A stretch of 59,553 nt of DNA from a virus. Its lineage: Duplodnaviria; Caudoviricetes. The notes under the pieces were generated by a model that was given only the letters and a program-made list of their open reading frames with translations, had not been told where the DNA came from and searched no databases. The position numbers and the translations under genes were made by a program. The stretch spans positions 1 through 59,553 of the IMG/VR virus record IMGVR_UViG_3300016484_001067; one strand, given 5' to 3'. Every line of letters starts with the position of its first letter. The stretch's first letter is position 1. Below, piece after piece: positions 46,122 to 56,146 of this stretch.

Positions 46122-47479
46122 GCGCCCTGGACGAGGCCTTCCCGGCCGAGCCCGACGTCACCGCGGGCCGGGTCCAGCCGAACGACGAGCTGGCCGAGCA
46201 GTCCGCGCTCGGCGGGATGCTCCTGTCGCCGGCCGCCGTCGACGACGTCACCGCGATCCTGCGCGCCGAGGACTACTACCGCGGACGCCACCAGGTCATC
46301 CACGAGGCGATCGTCGACCTCCGGGCGGCGGGGGAGCCCGTCGACGCCGTCAGCGTCGGCGCGCACCTGCTCCGCAACGGCCAGATCGCCCGGGTCGGCG
46401 GGCACGCCTACCTCCACACGCTCGCCTCGTCGGTCCCCACCGCAGCGAACGCCGGCTACTACGCCCGGATCGTCTCCGAGCACGCCGGCCGCCGCCGACT
46501 CATCGCATTCGGCACCCGCACCGCGCAGCTCGGCTACGAGACAGACGGCTCCGACCTCGCCGCGCTCGTCGGCGCCGCCCGCATCGACCTCGACGGCGTC
46601 CTGGACGTCACCGCAGGCGACGTCACCGACATCAACGACGTCGCCGACGCCGCGCTCGAGCAGATCCGCGGCGGACGCAAGGTCACCCCGACCCCGTGGG
46701 CCGACCTCAACGAGGTCGTCGACGGCTGGGCCCCCGCCACGTTCGTCGCGATCGGTGCCCGCCCCAAGGTCGGCAAGACCCTCGTCACCGGGCAGATCCT
46801 GCGCGAGTTCGTCCTCCGGCAGCGATCCCTCGACGGCCTCGCCGGCATCTACTTCACGCACGAGATGACCGGCCCCCGCCTCTACACCCGCCAACTCGCC
46901 GGCCTCGCCCGCGTCTCCCAGACCGCCCTCCGCCGCGGCAACCTCACCCCCGCCGAGTGGGACCGCATCAGCCAGGCCGACGCGACCCTGCGCAGCCTCC
47001 CGTTGGTCTTCGAGGGCGCATCCGGGTGGACGCCGTCCCAGATCGTCGCCCGCGTCCGCCAGGCCAACCGGAAGCGCCGCGTCGGCATGGTCGCCGTCGA
47101 CCACATCGGCCTCACCAAGGCCGACAAGCGCCGCGACGGCAACCGGCAGATGGAGCTCTCCGACGCCGCCGACACCTACCTCGCCGCCGCCCACGACCTC
47201 GACTGCACCTTCGTCATCTGCACCCAGCTGAACCGCGGCCCCACCCAGCGCGCCGACTCCCGGCCCGTCCCCTCGGACATCCGCGACACCGACCGCATCG
47301 AGCAGAACGCCGACCTCCTGCTCCTGCTCCACCGCGACATCGACAAGGCACCCGACCGGCTGTTCATGGCCGCCCCCACGAACCGCGACGGAGAACCCGC
47401 CCTCGTCGAACTCGAGTTCGACGGCGCCCGAGCAGAAGTCCGCGACCTGCCCTGGACGCCGTCCGGCGCCCACGCCTGA
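46118..47479 (+). CDS. dnaB: DnaB-like replicative helicase
   Basis: AEQSALGGMLL, GARPKVGKT, HEM, VDHIGL, QLNR, DIRDTDRIEQNAD. Confidence 0.95.
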   Translation: MSALDEAFPAEPDVTAGRVQPNDELAEQSALGGMLLSPAAVDDVTAILRAEDYYRGRHQVIHEAIVDLRAAGEPVDAVSVGAHLLRNGQIARVGGHAYLHTLASSVPTAANAGYYARIVSEHAGRRRLIAFGTRTAQLGYETDGSDLAALVGAARIDLDGVLDVTAGDVTDINDVADAALEQIRGGRKVTPTPWADLNEVVDGWAPATFVAIGARPKVGKTLVTGQILREFVLRQRSLDGLAGIYFTHEMTGPRLYTRQLAGLARVSQTALRRGNLTPAEWDRISQADATLRSLPLVFEGASGWTPSQIVARVRQANRKRRVGMVAVDHIGLTKADKRRDGNRQMELSDAADTYLAAAHDLDCTFVICTQLNRGPTQRADSRPVPSDIRDTDRIEQNADLLLLLHRDIDKAPDRLFMAAPTNRDGEPALVELEFDGARAEVRDLPWTPSGAHA

Positions 47480-47509
47480 CCACCCAGCGACCGACCCAAG
47501 GAGACCCCG

Positions 47510-47896
47510 ATGACCGACGCCCCCGCTGCCCAGCAGCGCTACGCCCACGAGATCGCCCCCGAACCGAAGACCGGCGCCGCGCCGCTGCTCGAACACGCCA
47601 GGTACCACGTGGCCCGCGCCTACGGCCTGCGCAACCACGACGTCGACTCCGCCGGCTACCTCCAGCGAATGCAGGAGTGGACAGCCCAGGCGCACCTCGC
47701 GCTGCTGCTCTACGGCCTCCAGCAGAAGAACGCCGACCACGCCGTCACCTTCTCCCACGACGTCCTCGTCGACGGCGAGGCCGATGAGTGGCTCTGGCAG
47801 GCCCTCACCGACCTCGGCATCGACCCCGACAGCATCCGGCCCTACGAACTCCCCGAGGTCGCCCTCGCATCCCGCGCCGCCCGGCAGGACCACTGA
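47510..47896 (+). CDS. Hypothetical protein
   Basis: AAGGAG RBS. Confidence 0.75.
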   Translation: MTDAPAAQQRYAHEIAPEPKTGAAPLLEHARYHVARAYGLRNHDVDSAGYLQRMQEWTAQAHLALLLYGLQQKNADHAVTFSHDVLVDGEADEWLWQALTDLGIDPDSIRPYELPEVALASRAARQDH

Positions 47897-48885
47897 TGAA
47901 AAGCACCGGATCCGCCGGCGCCGCCGTCATCGCGACGGACGGCATCCCCGTCCCGACCGCCCCCTGGATACGCCCCGCGCACTGGCCGGCCCGCCCCCAA
48001 CGGTCCGCCTGGACGTCACCGATCCCGCGCCCGGCCGCGGACGACGAGGCCGCGCTCGCGGCGACCCGCCGCGCTGAGCGTGCCGCCGCTGCCCCGGCCC
48101 CGAGGCCCGCCCGGAATGCCCCAGCCAAGACCGCCCGGCAGCGCGCCGAGCGTGCCCCGCGCACGACGCCTCCGAAGTCTCCCGCCGCGCCGCGGGCCGT
48201 CCGCCCGGCCAAGCCGGCTGCGGCGCCGAGGCCGCGGACCCGCAAGCTCGACCCGGTCGAGGTCGTCCGCCTCTACGTCGACGAGCAGCAGTCCCTCACG
48301 GACATCGCCCGCGTCTTCGACGCCACCCCGCAGTCCGTCCGCGCCTGCCTCGTCACCGCCGGCGTCGCCCGCCGGCCCGCGCACAACACGAACGCCGGCG
48401 CCCACTTCCACGCCGCCGCGCTCGAGCTCCGCGGCCGCCTCCGCGACGACCTCACCCGCCTCTGGGCCACCGACGCCTCCAACGCGGACATCGCCGTCGC
48501 CCTCGGCATCTCCCTGCCGACCGTCGGCCGAGTCGCCCGCGACCTCGGCCTCCCGGTCCGCCGCAAGAAGCTCGACCGCGACCAGGTCGTCGCCCTCTAC
48601 GCCGAGCACCGCAGCATCGGCGCCGTCGCCGCCGCCCTCGACACCTCCGACGCCGCCGTCCGCTACCAGCTCCGCCAGGCCGGCGTCGCCGTCCGCAGGC
48701 CCGGCGACAACGGCACCCGCCGCTCGGACGCCGACCGCGCCACCGCGCTCGCGATGTACCAGGCCGGCGCACCCGTGGAGGACATCTACCGGGCCCTCGG
48801 CATCACCGAGTCGACCCTGCACCGCTGGCGCAAGGCCGCCGGCATCCCCGCCCGCACGCCCGGCCGACGCCCGGCCGCCGCCTGA
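47896..48885 (+). CDS. Multi-HTH DNA-binding protein
   Basis: Four HTH-like units (SLTDIARVF, SNADIAVALG, SIGAVAAALD, PVEDIYRALG). Confidence 0.75.
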   Translation: MKSTGSAGAAVIATDGIPVPTAPWIRPAHWPARPQRSAWTSPIPRPAADDEAALAATRRAERAAAAPAPRPARNAPAKTARQRAERAPRTTPPKSPAAPRAVRPAKPAAAPRPRTRKLDPVEVVRLYVDEQQSLTDIARVFDATPQSVRACLVTAGVARRPAHNTNAGAHFHAAALELRGRLRDDLTRLWATDASNADIAVALGISLPTVGRVARDLGLPVRRKKLDRDQVVALYAEHRSIGAVAAALDTSDAAVRYQLRQAGVAVRRPGDNGTRRSDADRATALAMYQAGAPVEDIYRALGITESTLHRWRKAAGIPARTPGRRPAAA

Positions 48886-48912
48886 CCCAGCAACCGACCA
48901 GGAGACCCATCC

Positions 48913-50472
48913 ATGGCCACCAAGACCACGCCCACCGCCGCCCCCGAGCTGCGGACCCTCGACCTCGGCGACCTCGTCGAGCACCCGAAGAACGTCCGCC
49001 GCGACGTCGGCGACGTCACCGAGCTCGCCGCCTCCATCGAAGAGCAGGGCATCCTCGAGCCCCTCATCGTCGCCCCGAACAACCTCGACCCGAGGACCGG
49101 CCTGCACGACGGCACGTTCGTCGTCATCGCCGGCCACCGCCGCCTCGCCGCCGCCCGCGTCGCCCGCCTCGACGAGGCCCCGTGCATCGTCCGGCACGAC
49201 CTCACCACCGACGCCGACATCATCACCGCGATGCTCGTCGAGAACGGGCACCGCGCCGACCTCACCCCCGTCGAGGAGGCCGCCGCCTACCAGCAGCTCC
49301 TCGACCTCGGCGCGACCGCCACCCAGGTCGCCAAGCGCACCGGCCGCTCCAAGGCCACCGTCGCCGGCCGCCTCAACCTCATGCGCCTCCCCGAAGGCAC
49401 CCGCGAGAAGATCCACCACCGGCAGATCACCCTCGAGGACGCCGCCGCGCTCGCCGAGTTCGCCGACAGCCGCGACACCCTCGCCCGCCTGGAGATGGTC
49501 GCCGGCACCAGCAACTTCCGCTGGGAGCTGGAGCGAGCCCGCCGCACCCGGCAGATCGCCGTGACGACCGAGGCGACCCGGGAGCGGCTCACCGCCGAGG
49601 GATGTCCGGTCGTCGCCACGTCGTCGCTGGCCGGCTGGTGGCAGAACCACACCCTGCGCAACGTCCTCGGCGACGACGTCCCCGGCATCACCGACGACAC
49701 CACCGTCAAGGAGGACGACGAGGCCCGCCGGGTCGCGCACCTGGGCTGCCCCGGCCACGGCGCCGTCATCAACGAGATGGACGGTCGCGCCGTCTACGTC
49801 TGCACCACGTCCGCCGTCCACGCCGCCGACCGACCGGACGACACCGAGCAGGACAGCGACGACGAGCCCGACCCGGACTGGGCCGCCACGCGGGCGGCCG
49901 AGCAGGAAGCCCGCGCCGCGGCCGCCCGGCAGACCCGCGAGGACGTCGAGACCGCCGCAGGCATCCGCCGCGACTTCATCGCCGACCTCACCACCGGCAC
50001 CCGGCACATCCCCACCCCGCAGACCCACCTCCCCGCGCTCGAGCTCGCGAAGTACCTCACCGAGTGCTACGCCGAGGTCCTCCCCGAAGACCTCGCCCCG
50101 TACCTGCGCGTCACCCTCACCGACCGCCCCGACGGTCACGGCGACGACCGCGACGCCTGGCACGACGAGTGCGTCGCCGCCGTCGAGGCCGCGATGGACA
50201 AGCACCCCGCCGGCGCCGCCCTCGCCGTCTACGCGGCGTCCGTCGAGTCCGGCCTCACCCAGCCCTGGCAGTGGGACCCCACCGGCACGAACCTCGCCGC
50301 CGGCAGCGTCGAGCGCCGCTACCTCGGCGTCCTCGTCTCCCTCGGCTACGAGCTCACCGACTGGGAGAGCGACCGCATCGCCCGCGCCGACGCCCACGCC
50401 GCCGAGAAGGCCGCCGCCGCGTCCGCCGCAGCCGAGGACGACGACGAGGACGACGACGAGGACGCAGCATGA
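48913..50472 (+). CDS. ParB/RepB/Spo0J-family protein
   Basis: HPKNVR..ELAASIEEQGILEPLIV..IAGHRRLAAA..ENGHRADLTPVEEA followed by HTH. Confidence 0.9.
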   Translation: MATKTTPTAAPELRTLDLGDLVEHPKNVRRDVGDVTELAASIEEQGILEPLIVAPNNLDPRTGLHDGTFVVIAGHRRLAAARVARLDEAPCIVRHDLTTDADIITAMLVENGHRADLTPVEEAAAYQQLLDLGATATQVAKRTGRSKATVAGRLNLMRLPEGTREKIHHRQITLEDAAALAEFADSRDTLARLEMVAGTSNFRWELERARRTRQIAVTTEATRERLTAEGCPVVATSSLAGWWQNHTLRNVLGDDVPGITDDTTVKEDDEARRVAHLGCPGHGAVINEMDGRAVYVCTTSAVHAADRPDDTEQDSDDEPDPDWAATRAAEQEARAAAARQTREDVETAAGIRRDFIADLTTGTRHIPTPQTHLPALELAKYLTECYAEVLPEDLAPYLRVTLTDRPDGHGDDRDAWHDECVAAVEAAMDKHPAGAALAVYAASVESGLTQPWQWDPTGTNLAAGSVERRYLGVLVSLGYELTDWESDRIARADAHAAEKAAAASAAAEDDDEDDDEDAA

Positions 50473-50762
50473 CCGCCGACGGCCACACCATCGGCCTCGC
50501 CCGCGCCGCGCAGACCACCGTCCGCTGGATCAGCGAGCTCGTCGGCGTCGACTTCCCCGGCCCCGCCGGCCGCTCCACCGTCACCGACCACGAGCTCATC
50601 GCCGCGACCCGCGCGCTCGCCGACGACGCCCACGGCGTCCTGGGCGCCGGCCCGACCGGCGACGACGTCGAGCACGCCGTCCGGACCCTCCTCGGCGTCA
50701 TCGGCTCCGACCCGGAGGCATACCGCGACGACGTCGACCCGGACGACGTCCTCACCACCTGA
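50469..50762 (+). CDS. Hypothetical protein
   Basis: ATGA coupling. Confidence 0.65.
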   Translation: MTADGHTIGLARAAQTTVRWISELVGVDFPGPAGRSTVTDHELIAATRALADDAHGVLGAGPTGDDVEHAVRTLLGVIGSDPEAYRDDVDPDDVLTT

Positions 50763-50817
50763 CCAGCACCGCCCGAGCACGACCCAGCAACCGACCACGC
50801 ACCACGAGGAGACCCAG

Positions 50818-51303
50818 ATGACCGACCATCCGACGATCGTCAACCCGTCCGCCATCGGCAACCCCGACGAGACCCCCGTCATGCGCGTCCCCGCCGGTCC
50901 CGCCGGCGACGTCCTGCGCATGCTCGTCGACAACAACCGGCGCGCCTGGCTCGCCGAGCGCTGCGCTACCTGCGGCTCACGCCGCGAGACCCACTCCGCC
51001 CCCGCCGGCCAGGAGTTCCACGACTTCGTCGACAAGTCGATCGCCGAGAACCAGGCCGACCGGCTCGCCGACATGGAGGCCGCCCGCCGCCCCACCCGCG
51101 ACGGGCTCCTCCACCTCGTCGAGGCCGTCGTCACCGCCGCCGGCCAGCACCGCTCTGCCGCCATCCGCGTCGCCCACGCCCGCCGCACCCTCACCACCAG
51201 CGAGCTCGAGGCCGCGCTCGCGGCGTCCGACAGCGCGCACGAGGCGGAGCGGGACGCCGTCCGCGCTCTCCGGGCCGCCATCACCCGGGCGGTCGCAGCG
51301 TGA
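50818..51303 (+). CDS. Hypothetical protein
   Basis: GAGGAG RBS; CATC..H motif. Confidence 0.7.
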   Translation: MTDHPTIVNPSAIGNPDETPVMRVPAGPAGDVLRMLVDNNRRAWLAERCATCGSRRETHSAPAGQEFHDFVDKSIAENQADRLADMEAARRPTRDGLLHLVEAVVTAAGQHRSAAIRVAHARRTLTTSELEAALAASDSAHEAERDAVRALRAAITRAVAA

Positions 51304-51722
51304 ACCCCGCCCAGACGCTGCGGGCCGCGTCGGACCGTCTGCGCGCCCTCGACCGCACCGCGACACCTGGCCCGTGGATCGTCACCGAGGACTACGACGA
51401 CCTCGTCCTCGCAACGGTGGACGCCCTCGACCCGGATGGCGACGGTCTCGCCGGGTCCTACCACTGCACCGACCGCGTCGCGGCGCACGACTTCACCATC
51501 TACGACGAGGACAGCAACGAGGAGCGGCAGGTACGCGCCGCGTTCGCCCTGATCAGCGCGCTCCGACCGGTGGCAGCACCGCTCGCGGATCAGTTCCAGT
51601 ACCTAGCCGAGTTCGTCGAGAAGCACTACGGCGACGACGACTTCCCGGAGACGTCCCTTCCTGTGTTCGTCCACGCAGCCCTGCCGGTCGCCCGCGCCGT
51701 CCTGCGGGAGGCCCAGGCATGA
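51300..51722 (+). CDS. Hypothetical protein (Ead/Ea22-like ATPGPW motif)
   Basis: GTGA coupling; TATPGPW. Confidence 0.65.
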   Translation: MNPAQTLRAASDRLRALDRTATPGPWIVTEDYDDLVLATVDALDPDGDGLAGSYHCTDRVAAHDFTIYDEDSNEERQVRAAFALISALRPVAAPLADQFQYLAEFVEKHYGDDDFPETSLPVFVHAALPVARAVLREAQA

Positions 51723-51964
51723 GCAGCCGCGGGATGAGCCCCAAGGGCGACGGCTACGCCCTCACCGGCCAGGACAGCACCCTCACCCTCGCCGCCGTCC
51801 AGGACGTCGACCGCGCCAAGGCCGCCATGAACGCCATCGCGCTCGCCGCCGACCCCGCGGCCGCCCGCCTGATCCTCGCCGCCGTCGGCCTCGACGACGT
51901 CCGCCGCGCGGCCGTCCGCGCCCAGATCAGGGCCCGCCAGCAGGCCAGGGGAGGTGCCGCGTGA
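51719..51964 (+). CDS. Hypothetical protein
   Basis: GGAGG RBS; ATGA coupling. Confidence 0.65.
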   Translation: MSSRGMSPKGDGYALTGQDSTLTLAAVQDVDRAKAAMNAIALAADPAAARLILAAVGLDDVRRAAVRAQIRARQQARGGAA

Positions 51965-52851
51965 GCGCGACGACGAGCATCGAGTGGACCGACCGGACCT
52001 GGAACCCGGTCACCGGCTGCACCAAGGTGTCCGCCGGCTGCGACCACTGCTACGCCGAGACCCTCCACGAGCGGTTCCACGGCAAGGGATCGTTCGTCGC
52101 CGTCCGGCACCACTCCGAGCGGCTGCACCTGCCGCAGCGGTGGCGGAAGCCGTCCCGGATCTTCGTGAACAGCATGAGCGACCTGTTCCACGGGTCGGTC
52201 GCGGACGAGTTCATCGCCGAGGTCTGGGCCGTCATGGCGGTCACGCCGCGGCACACCTTCCAGGTCCTCACCAAGCGGCACGCCCGGATGCAGTCGCTGC
52301 TCAACAGCGACGCGTTCTGGGCCCTCGTCAACGCCGCCGTCGAGGTGCGCGTCCGGACGATGCAGAGCCGCTACGTCAGCGTCTCCTACGACCCGTCCGT
52401 CCGGGCACTGCCGAACGTGTGGCTCGGCGTCTCCGTCGAGGACCAGCGCTGGGCGGACATCCGCATCCCCGCGCTCCTACAGACCCCTGCCGCCGTTCGC
52501 TGGATCTCCGCCGAGCCTCTCCTTGGGCCGCTCGACCTCCACGAGCCCTACCTCAACCCCGGCCTCGACTGCCCCTGCGAGCAGGGCGGCGACCGGCTCT
52601 GCAGCCCGACCCTGGACTGGGTGGTCGTCGGCGGCGAGTCCGGCCCGGGCGCACGGCCGATGGACCCGTCCTGGGTCCGCCAGATCCGCGAGGACTGCGT
52701 CGCCAACTCCGCGCCGTTCCTGTTCAAGCAGTGGGGCGCGCACGACGCCTCCGGCCGCCGCGTCGGGAAGAAGGCCGCCGGACGCGAGCTCGACGGGCGC
52801 ATCTACGACGCCTACCCTGACGTGCCGGCGCTCGCGGGCGGTGCGGCGTGA
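51961..52851 (+). CDS. DUF5131 (phage Gp37/Gp68) three-Cys protein
   Basis: IEWTDRTWNPVTGCTKVSAGCDHCYA, FVNSMSDLFH, SAEPLLG, WVVVGGESG, FKQWG. Confidence 0.93.
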   Translation: MSATTSIEWTDRTWNPVTGCTKVSAGCDHCYAETLHERFHGKGSFVAVRHHSERLHLPQRWRKPSRIFVNSMSDLFHGSVADEFIAEVWAVMAVTPRHTFQVLTKRHARMQSLLNSDAFWALVNAAVEVRVRTMQSRYVSVSYDPSVRALPNVWLGVSVEDQRWADIRIPALLQTPAAVRWISAEPLLGPLDLHEPYLNPGLDCPCEQGGDRLCSPTLDWVVVGGESGPGARPMDPSWVRQIREDCVANSAPFLFKQWGAHDASGRRVGKKAAGRELDGRIYDAYPDVPALAGGAA

Positions 52852-53126
52852 GCACCGTCGTCCAGCCGTCGCCGCCGTCCCGTTGGTGGATCCGCCTGCC
52901 CGGCCCGACGTCCACCCCGCCCGCACCGACCCCGGCCGGAGCCCCGGGCCCGGACGGCGAGCAGATGCTCGTCGACGGCGTCGGTGTCGCCCGCCTGCTC
53001 ACGTTCACCGGCCCCTGCCCGGCCGGCCACGACGCCCGCTGGACGGCCGAGCGGCTCGACGCCCGGTCCCGGACGACGTACACGTGCGCCACCTGCCCAC
53101 CCGACGACCCGGGAGGTGCGTCGTGA
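52848..53126 (+). CDS. Hypothetical protein
   Basis: GTGA coupling; CPAGH..CATC. Confidence 0.55.
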   Translation: MSTVVQPSPPSRWWIRLPGPTSTPPAPTPAGAPGPDGEQMLVDGVGVARLLTFTGPCPAGHDARWTAERLDARSRTTYTCATCPPDDPGGAS

Positions 53127-53368
53127 AGCAGCACCAGCCGGAGAAGAACTGGCAGCCGTGCGCGTGCGGGAAGCGCGGCTGGGTGTCCCGAAAGGCCGCC
53201 CGCGCGGTCCGCCGCAAGGCCGACCACGCCGAGCTCATGTCGACCTACGCCTGCCCGGTCTCCGGGCTCTTCCACATCGGACACCTCCCGCCGCAGGTCG
53301 CCGACGGCCGCCTGTCCCGCGCCGACCTCGGCGCGTCCGCACCCCGGCGGGGGAGAGGAGCAGCCTGA
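53123..53368 (+). CDS. Small Zn-finger protein
   Basis: CACGKRGW..YACPVSGLFHIGH; GGAGG RBS. Confidence 0.7.
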   Translation: MKQHQPEKNWQPCACGKRGWVSRKAARAVRRKADHAELMSTYACPVSGLFHIGHLPPQVADGRLSRADLGASAPRRGRGAA

Positions 53369-54258
53369 TGGCACCCAAGGACCGCGCACCCGCCTCGACC
53401 ATGGACCGCGCCGGCATCTACGTCGACCGCGGACGCACCAGCCCCGAGCAGGCGCTCGCCGCGCGCATCAAGGCCCTCGGCGTCACCCCCGAGCAGGTCC
53501 GCGCCTGGGCCGAACGCGAGGGCATCCTCCTGCCCCGCTACGGCGTCGACCGGCTGGTCGTCACCGAGTACGAGCACGCCCACCCCGACGCCACCCCCAT
53601 CCCGCCTGTCACCGAGCCCGAGGAGCCCCCGTGCCCGACACCGACACCCGGCGCGACGTCCGCCCCGACGGCGCCGGCATTGTCCAGGCCGCGCAGGAGC
53701 CGCTCTGCGGCCACCGGCACCTCGCCGACGCCCTCGTCTGCACCCGCCCCGCCCACCCCGGCGACTTCCACGGCGACGGCCTCGGCAACCTCTGGACCGG
53801 CCCCATCGTCGACGCCGAAGCCTGCTGAGCCCGGCCCCACCACCCAGGGCGCCCGCCGCGCCGCCCAACTCGCCGCCGTCCCCACCCTGGTCAGCGGCGA
53901 GCACGCCCGCACCGGCACCCTCACCAGCAACCCGACCCGCACCACCATCACGCCCACCACCACGCCCACCAGCACGGCCCCGAGCACCCGACCCCCGGCC
54001 ATCGACATCCCCACCGCGCTCGCCGCCGCCCGCCGCCTGGGCGCGACCGGCGCCGGCGCCCGGGCTGTCGTCCGCCGCCTCGTCGAGCTCGGCGCCCACC
54101 TCAACGACCGCCTCACCACCGGCGGCCCCTGGACCTGCCACGTCTGCCAGCAGCCCGTCGCCGGCGAGCACGTCGCCCGCACCGGCCGCGCTGTCCACGG
54201 CGATCCCGCCACCCTCAGCGGCTGCTACGCAGCCCACACCGGAAGGAAGACCGCGTGA
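53368..54258 (+). CDS. Protein with Lsr2-like DNA-binding domain, long Pro/Thr linker and C-terminal Zn motif
   Basis: PEQVRAWAEREGILLPRYGVDRLVVTEYEHAH; CHVC..H..C. Confidence 0.55.
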   Translation: MAPKDRAPASTMDRAGIYVDRGRTSPEQALAARIKALGVTPEQVRAWAEREGILLPRYGVDRLVVTEYEHAHPDATPIPPVTEPEEPPCPTPTPGATSAPTAPALSRPRRSRSAATGTSPTPSSAPAPPTPATSTATASATSGPAPSSTPKPAEPGPTTQGARRAAQLAAVPTLVSGEHARTGTLTSNPTRTTITPTTTPTSTAPSTRPPAIDIPTALAAARRLGATGAGARAVVRRLVELGAHLNDRLTTGGPWTCHVCQQPVAGEHVARTGRAVHGDPATLSGCYAAHTGRKTA

Positions 54259-54881
54259 CCACCCCCAGCACCACCACCCAGGGCGCCCCGCTCTGCTTCA
54301 TCGACACCGAGACGACCGGCGTCCACCCCGGCCGGCAGGCGTGGGAGATCGCGATGATCCGCCGCGACCCGGACGGCGTCCAGTCCGAGACCCTCATCCA
54401 GGTCCTCAACGTCGACCTGTCCGCGGCCGACCCGTTCGGCCTCAAGGTCGGCGGCTTCTACGACCGGCACTTCCAGTTCGCGCCGTTCGCACCATCGTCG
54501 GACACGCTGCTCCTCGACGCCGCGGAGGCCGCCACCGTCGTCGAGCGCGTCACCCGCGGCGCGCACCTCGTCGGCGCCGTCCCGAACTTCGACGCCGAGA
54601 CCCTCGACCCGATGCTCCGCCGCGGCGGCCTCATCCCCGCCTGGCACTACCACCTCGTCGACGTCGAAGCCCTCGCCGTCGGCTGGCTCGCCGGCCGCGG
54701 CAGCATCGGCGGCTTCGACCGCTTCACGCCCCGCCCGACGCTCCCCTGGAAGAGCGACGACCTGTCCCGCGCCTGCGGCGTCGAGCCCGCCACCCCCGAG
54801 GAGCGGCACACCGCCCTCGGCGACGCCCGCTGGGCCATGCGCCTCTACGACGCCATCATCGGAACGGCGGCCGCAGCGTGA
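54255..54881 (+). CDS. DnaQ-like (DEDDh) 3'-5' exonuclease
   Basis: FIDTETTG, PNFD, RHTALGDA. Confidence 0.9.
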   Translation: MTTPSTTTQGAPLCFIDTETTGVHPGRQAWEIAMIRRDPDGVQSETLIQVLNVDLSAADPFGLKVGGFYDRHFQFAPFAPSSDTLLLDAAEAATVVERVTRGAHLVGAVPNFDAETLDPMLRRGGLIPAWHYHLVDVEALAVGWLAGRGSIGGFDRFTPRPTLPWKSDDLSRACGVEPATPEERHTALGDARWAMRLYDAIIGTAAAA

Positions 54882-55369
54882 CCGCCGGCAAGTTCCGCAA
54901 GAAGCCCGTCGAGATCGAGGCCCAGCAGTGGCTTCCGGCCGACCTCGCCGCCGTCGGCCGGGTCATGGCCTGGATGGACGCCCAGGACGCCTACGTCACG
55001 GAGACGGGCAAGCTCGCCATCCGCACCCTTGAGGGCACGATGACCGCCGACGACGGCGACTGGATCATCCGTGGCGTCCAGGGCGAGTTCTACCCCTGCA
55101 AGCCGGACATCTTCGCCGCGACCTACGCCCCTGCGGAGACCGCAGCCGAGGGCACTGCACTGCCGAACCTCGGCCTCGCCACCACACGGCAACTTCTCGA
55201 CGAGCTCCGCGCCCGTATCGAAACCGACTACGCCGTCGGCGGCGGAGGCCTCGACTACACCACCGTCCACGGCCGCCCGGACACGCCCGCCCCGGCGGCC
55301 CGCCCCAACACGCTCACCGCCGCCGAAGCCCTCGCGCTCGCCGACGCCGAGTACAGCGAGGACGACTGA
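54878..55369 (+). CDS. Conserved phage protein
   Basis: KFRKKPVEIEA..IRTLEGTM..GDWIIRGVQGEFYPCKPDIFAATY. Confidence 0.8.
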   Translation: MTAGKFRKKPVEIEAQQWLPADLAAVGRVMAWMDAQDAYVTETGKLAIRTLEGTMTADDGDWIIRGVQGEFYPCKPDIFAATYAPAETAAEGTALPNLGLATTRQLLDELRARIETDYAVGGGGLDYTTVHGRPDTPAPAARPNTLTAAEALALADAEYSEDD

Positions 55370-55713
55370 TGACCGACCGCCAGACCCGCCCCGCGCCGAC
55401 CAGCGTCCCGCCCGCGATCGGCGGCTACGAGTCCGTCGCGGCGTCCTACGCCAGCGGCACCGACCTGAGCGACCTCCGCGCCCACGTCGATGCCCTCACC
55501 GAGGACCACGCCCGCAGCACCGTCACCCTCACCGAGAACATCGCCGGCAAGGCCGACGGCGCCTTCGTCGACGACGCCCTCGACCGCATCACCACCGCAG
55601 GCCTCACCACCGCCCGCGCACTCCTCCGCGTCCACGCCCTCGCGCTCGCCGGTCTCGCCCTCGGGCTCCTGGCCGTCGTCCTCGCGGCCGTCGCCCTGGC
55701 GGTGCCCCGATGA
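55369..55713 (+). CDS. Membrane-anchored hypothetical protein
   Basis: TGATG coupling; C-terminal TM segment. Confidence 0.65.
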   Translation: MTDRQTRPAPTSVPPAIGGYESVAASYASGTDLSDLRAHVDALTEDHARSTVTLTENIAGKADGAFVDDALDRITTAGLTTARALLRVHALALAGLALGLLAVVLAAVALAVPR

Positions 55714-56069
55714 CGCGCGTCATCATCACCAACCCGATGGACGGCGCCGGCCGCGCCACCGAAGACCCCATCGAGGCTCTCCGCGACGCCTGCGCCCACA
55801 CCGCCAAGGACATGACCGAGGACCGCACCGACGCCTGGATCTACGGCATCGTCCTCGGCTGGGACGACGACCCCGACCAGCCGTCGTCCGGCATCAACGT
55901 CCTCGACGAGGTCGCCGACCAGCACGGCTGGACGCCCGAGCAGCGCGACCGCCTCCGCCGACTCCACCACGCTTTCAACCAGCTCGACCGCCTCCGCCAG
56001 CGCGCCGAGAAGGCCGAAGCAGCGCTCGCCGCCGTCGTCCTGCCGCCCGCGTTCCCACCCGCGCCCTAG
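55710..56069 (+). CDS. Hypothetical protein
   Basis: ATGA coupling; DAWIYGIVLGWD motif. Confidence 0.65.
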   Translation: MTRVIITNPMDGAGRATEDPIEALRDACAHTAKDMTEDRTDAWIYGIVLGWDDDPDQPSSGINVLDEVADQHGWTPEQRDRLRRLHHAFNQLDRLRQRAEKAEAALAAVVLPPAFPPAP

Positions 56070-56146
56070 CAGGCGCTCGCCGCACCACCCGTTCGACGTC
56101 CGTCGGGGGACGGACGACCACCACCCAGGGAAGGAAGCCAGCAACG

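Noticed and set aside
1479-50397. Many long alternative-frame or antisense ORFs (e.g. 1479..3152-, 18028..21597+, 31792..34662+, 48016..50397-)
   Set aside because: Shadows of real genes in very GC-rich DNA: Arg/Pro/Gly-rich, no motifs, no RBS
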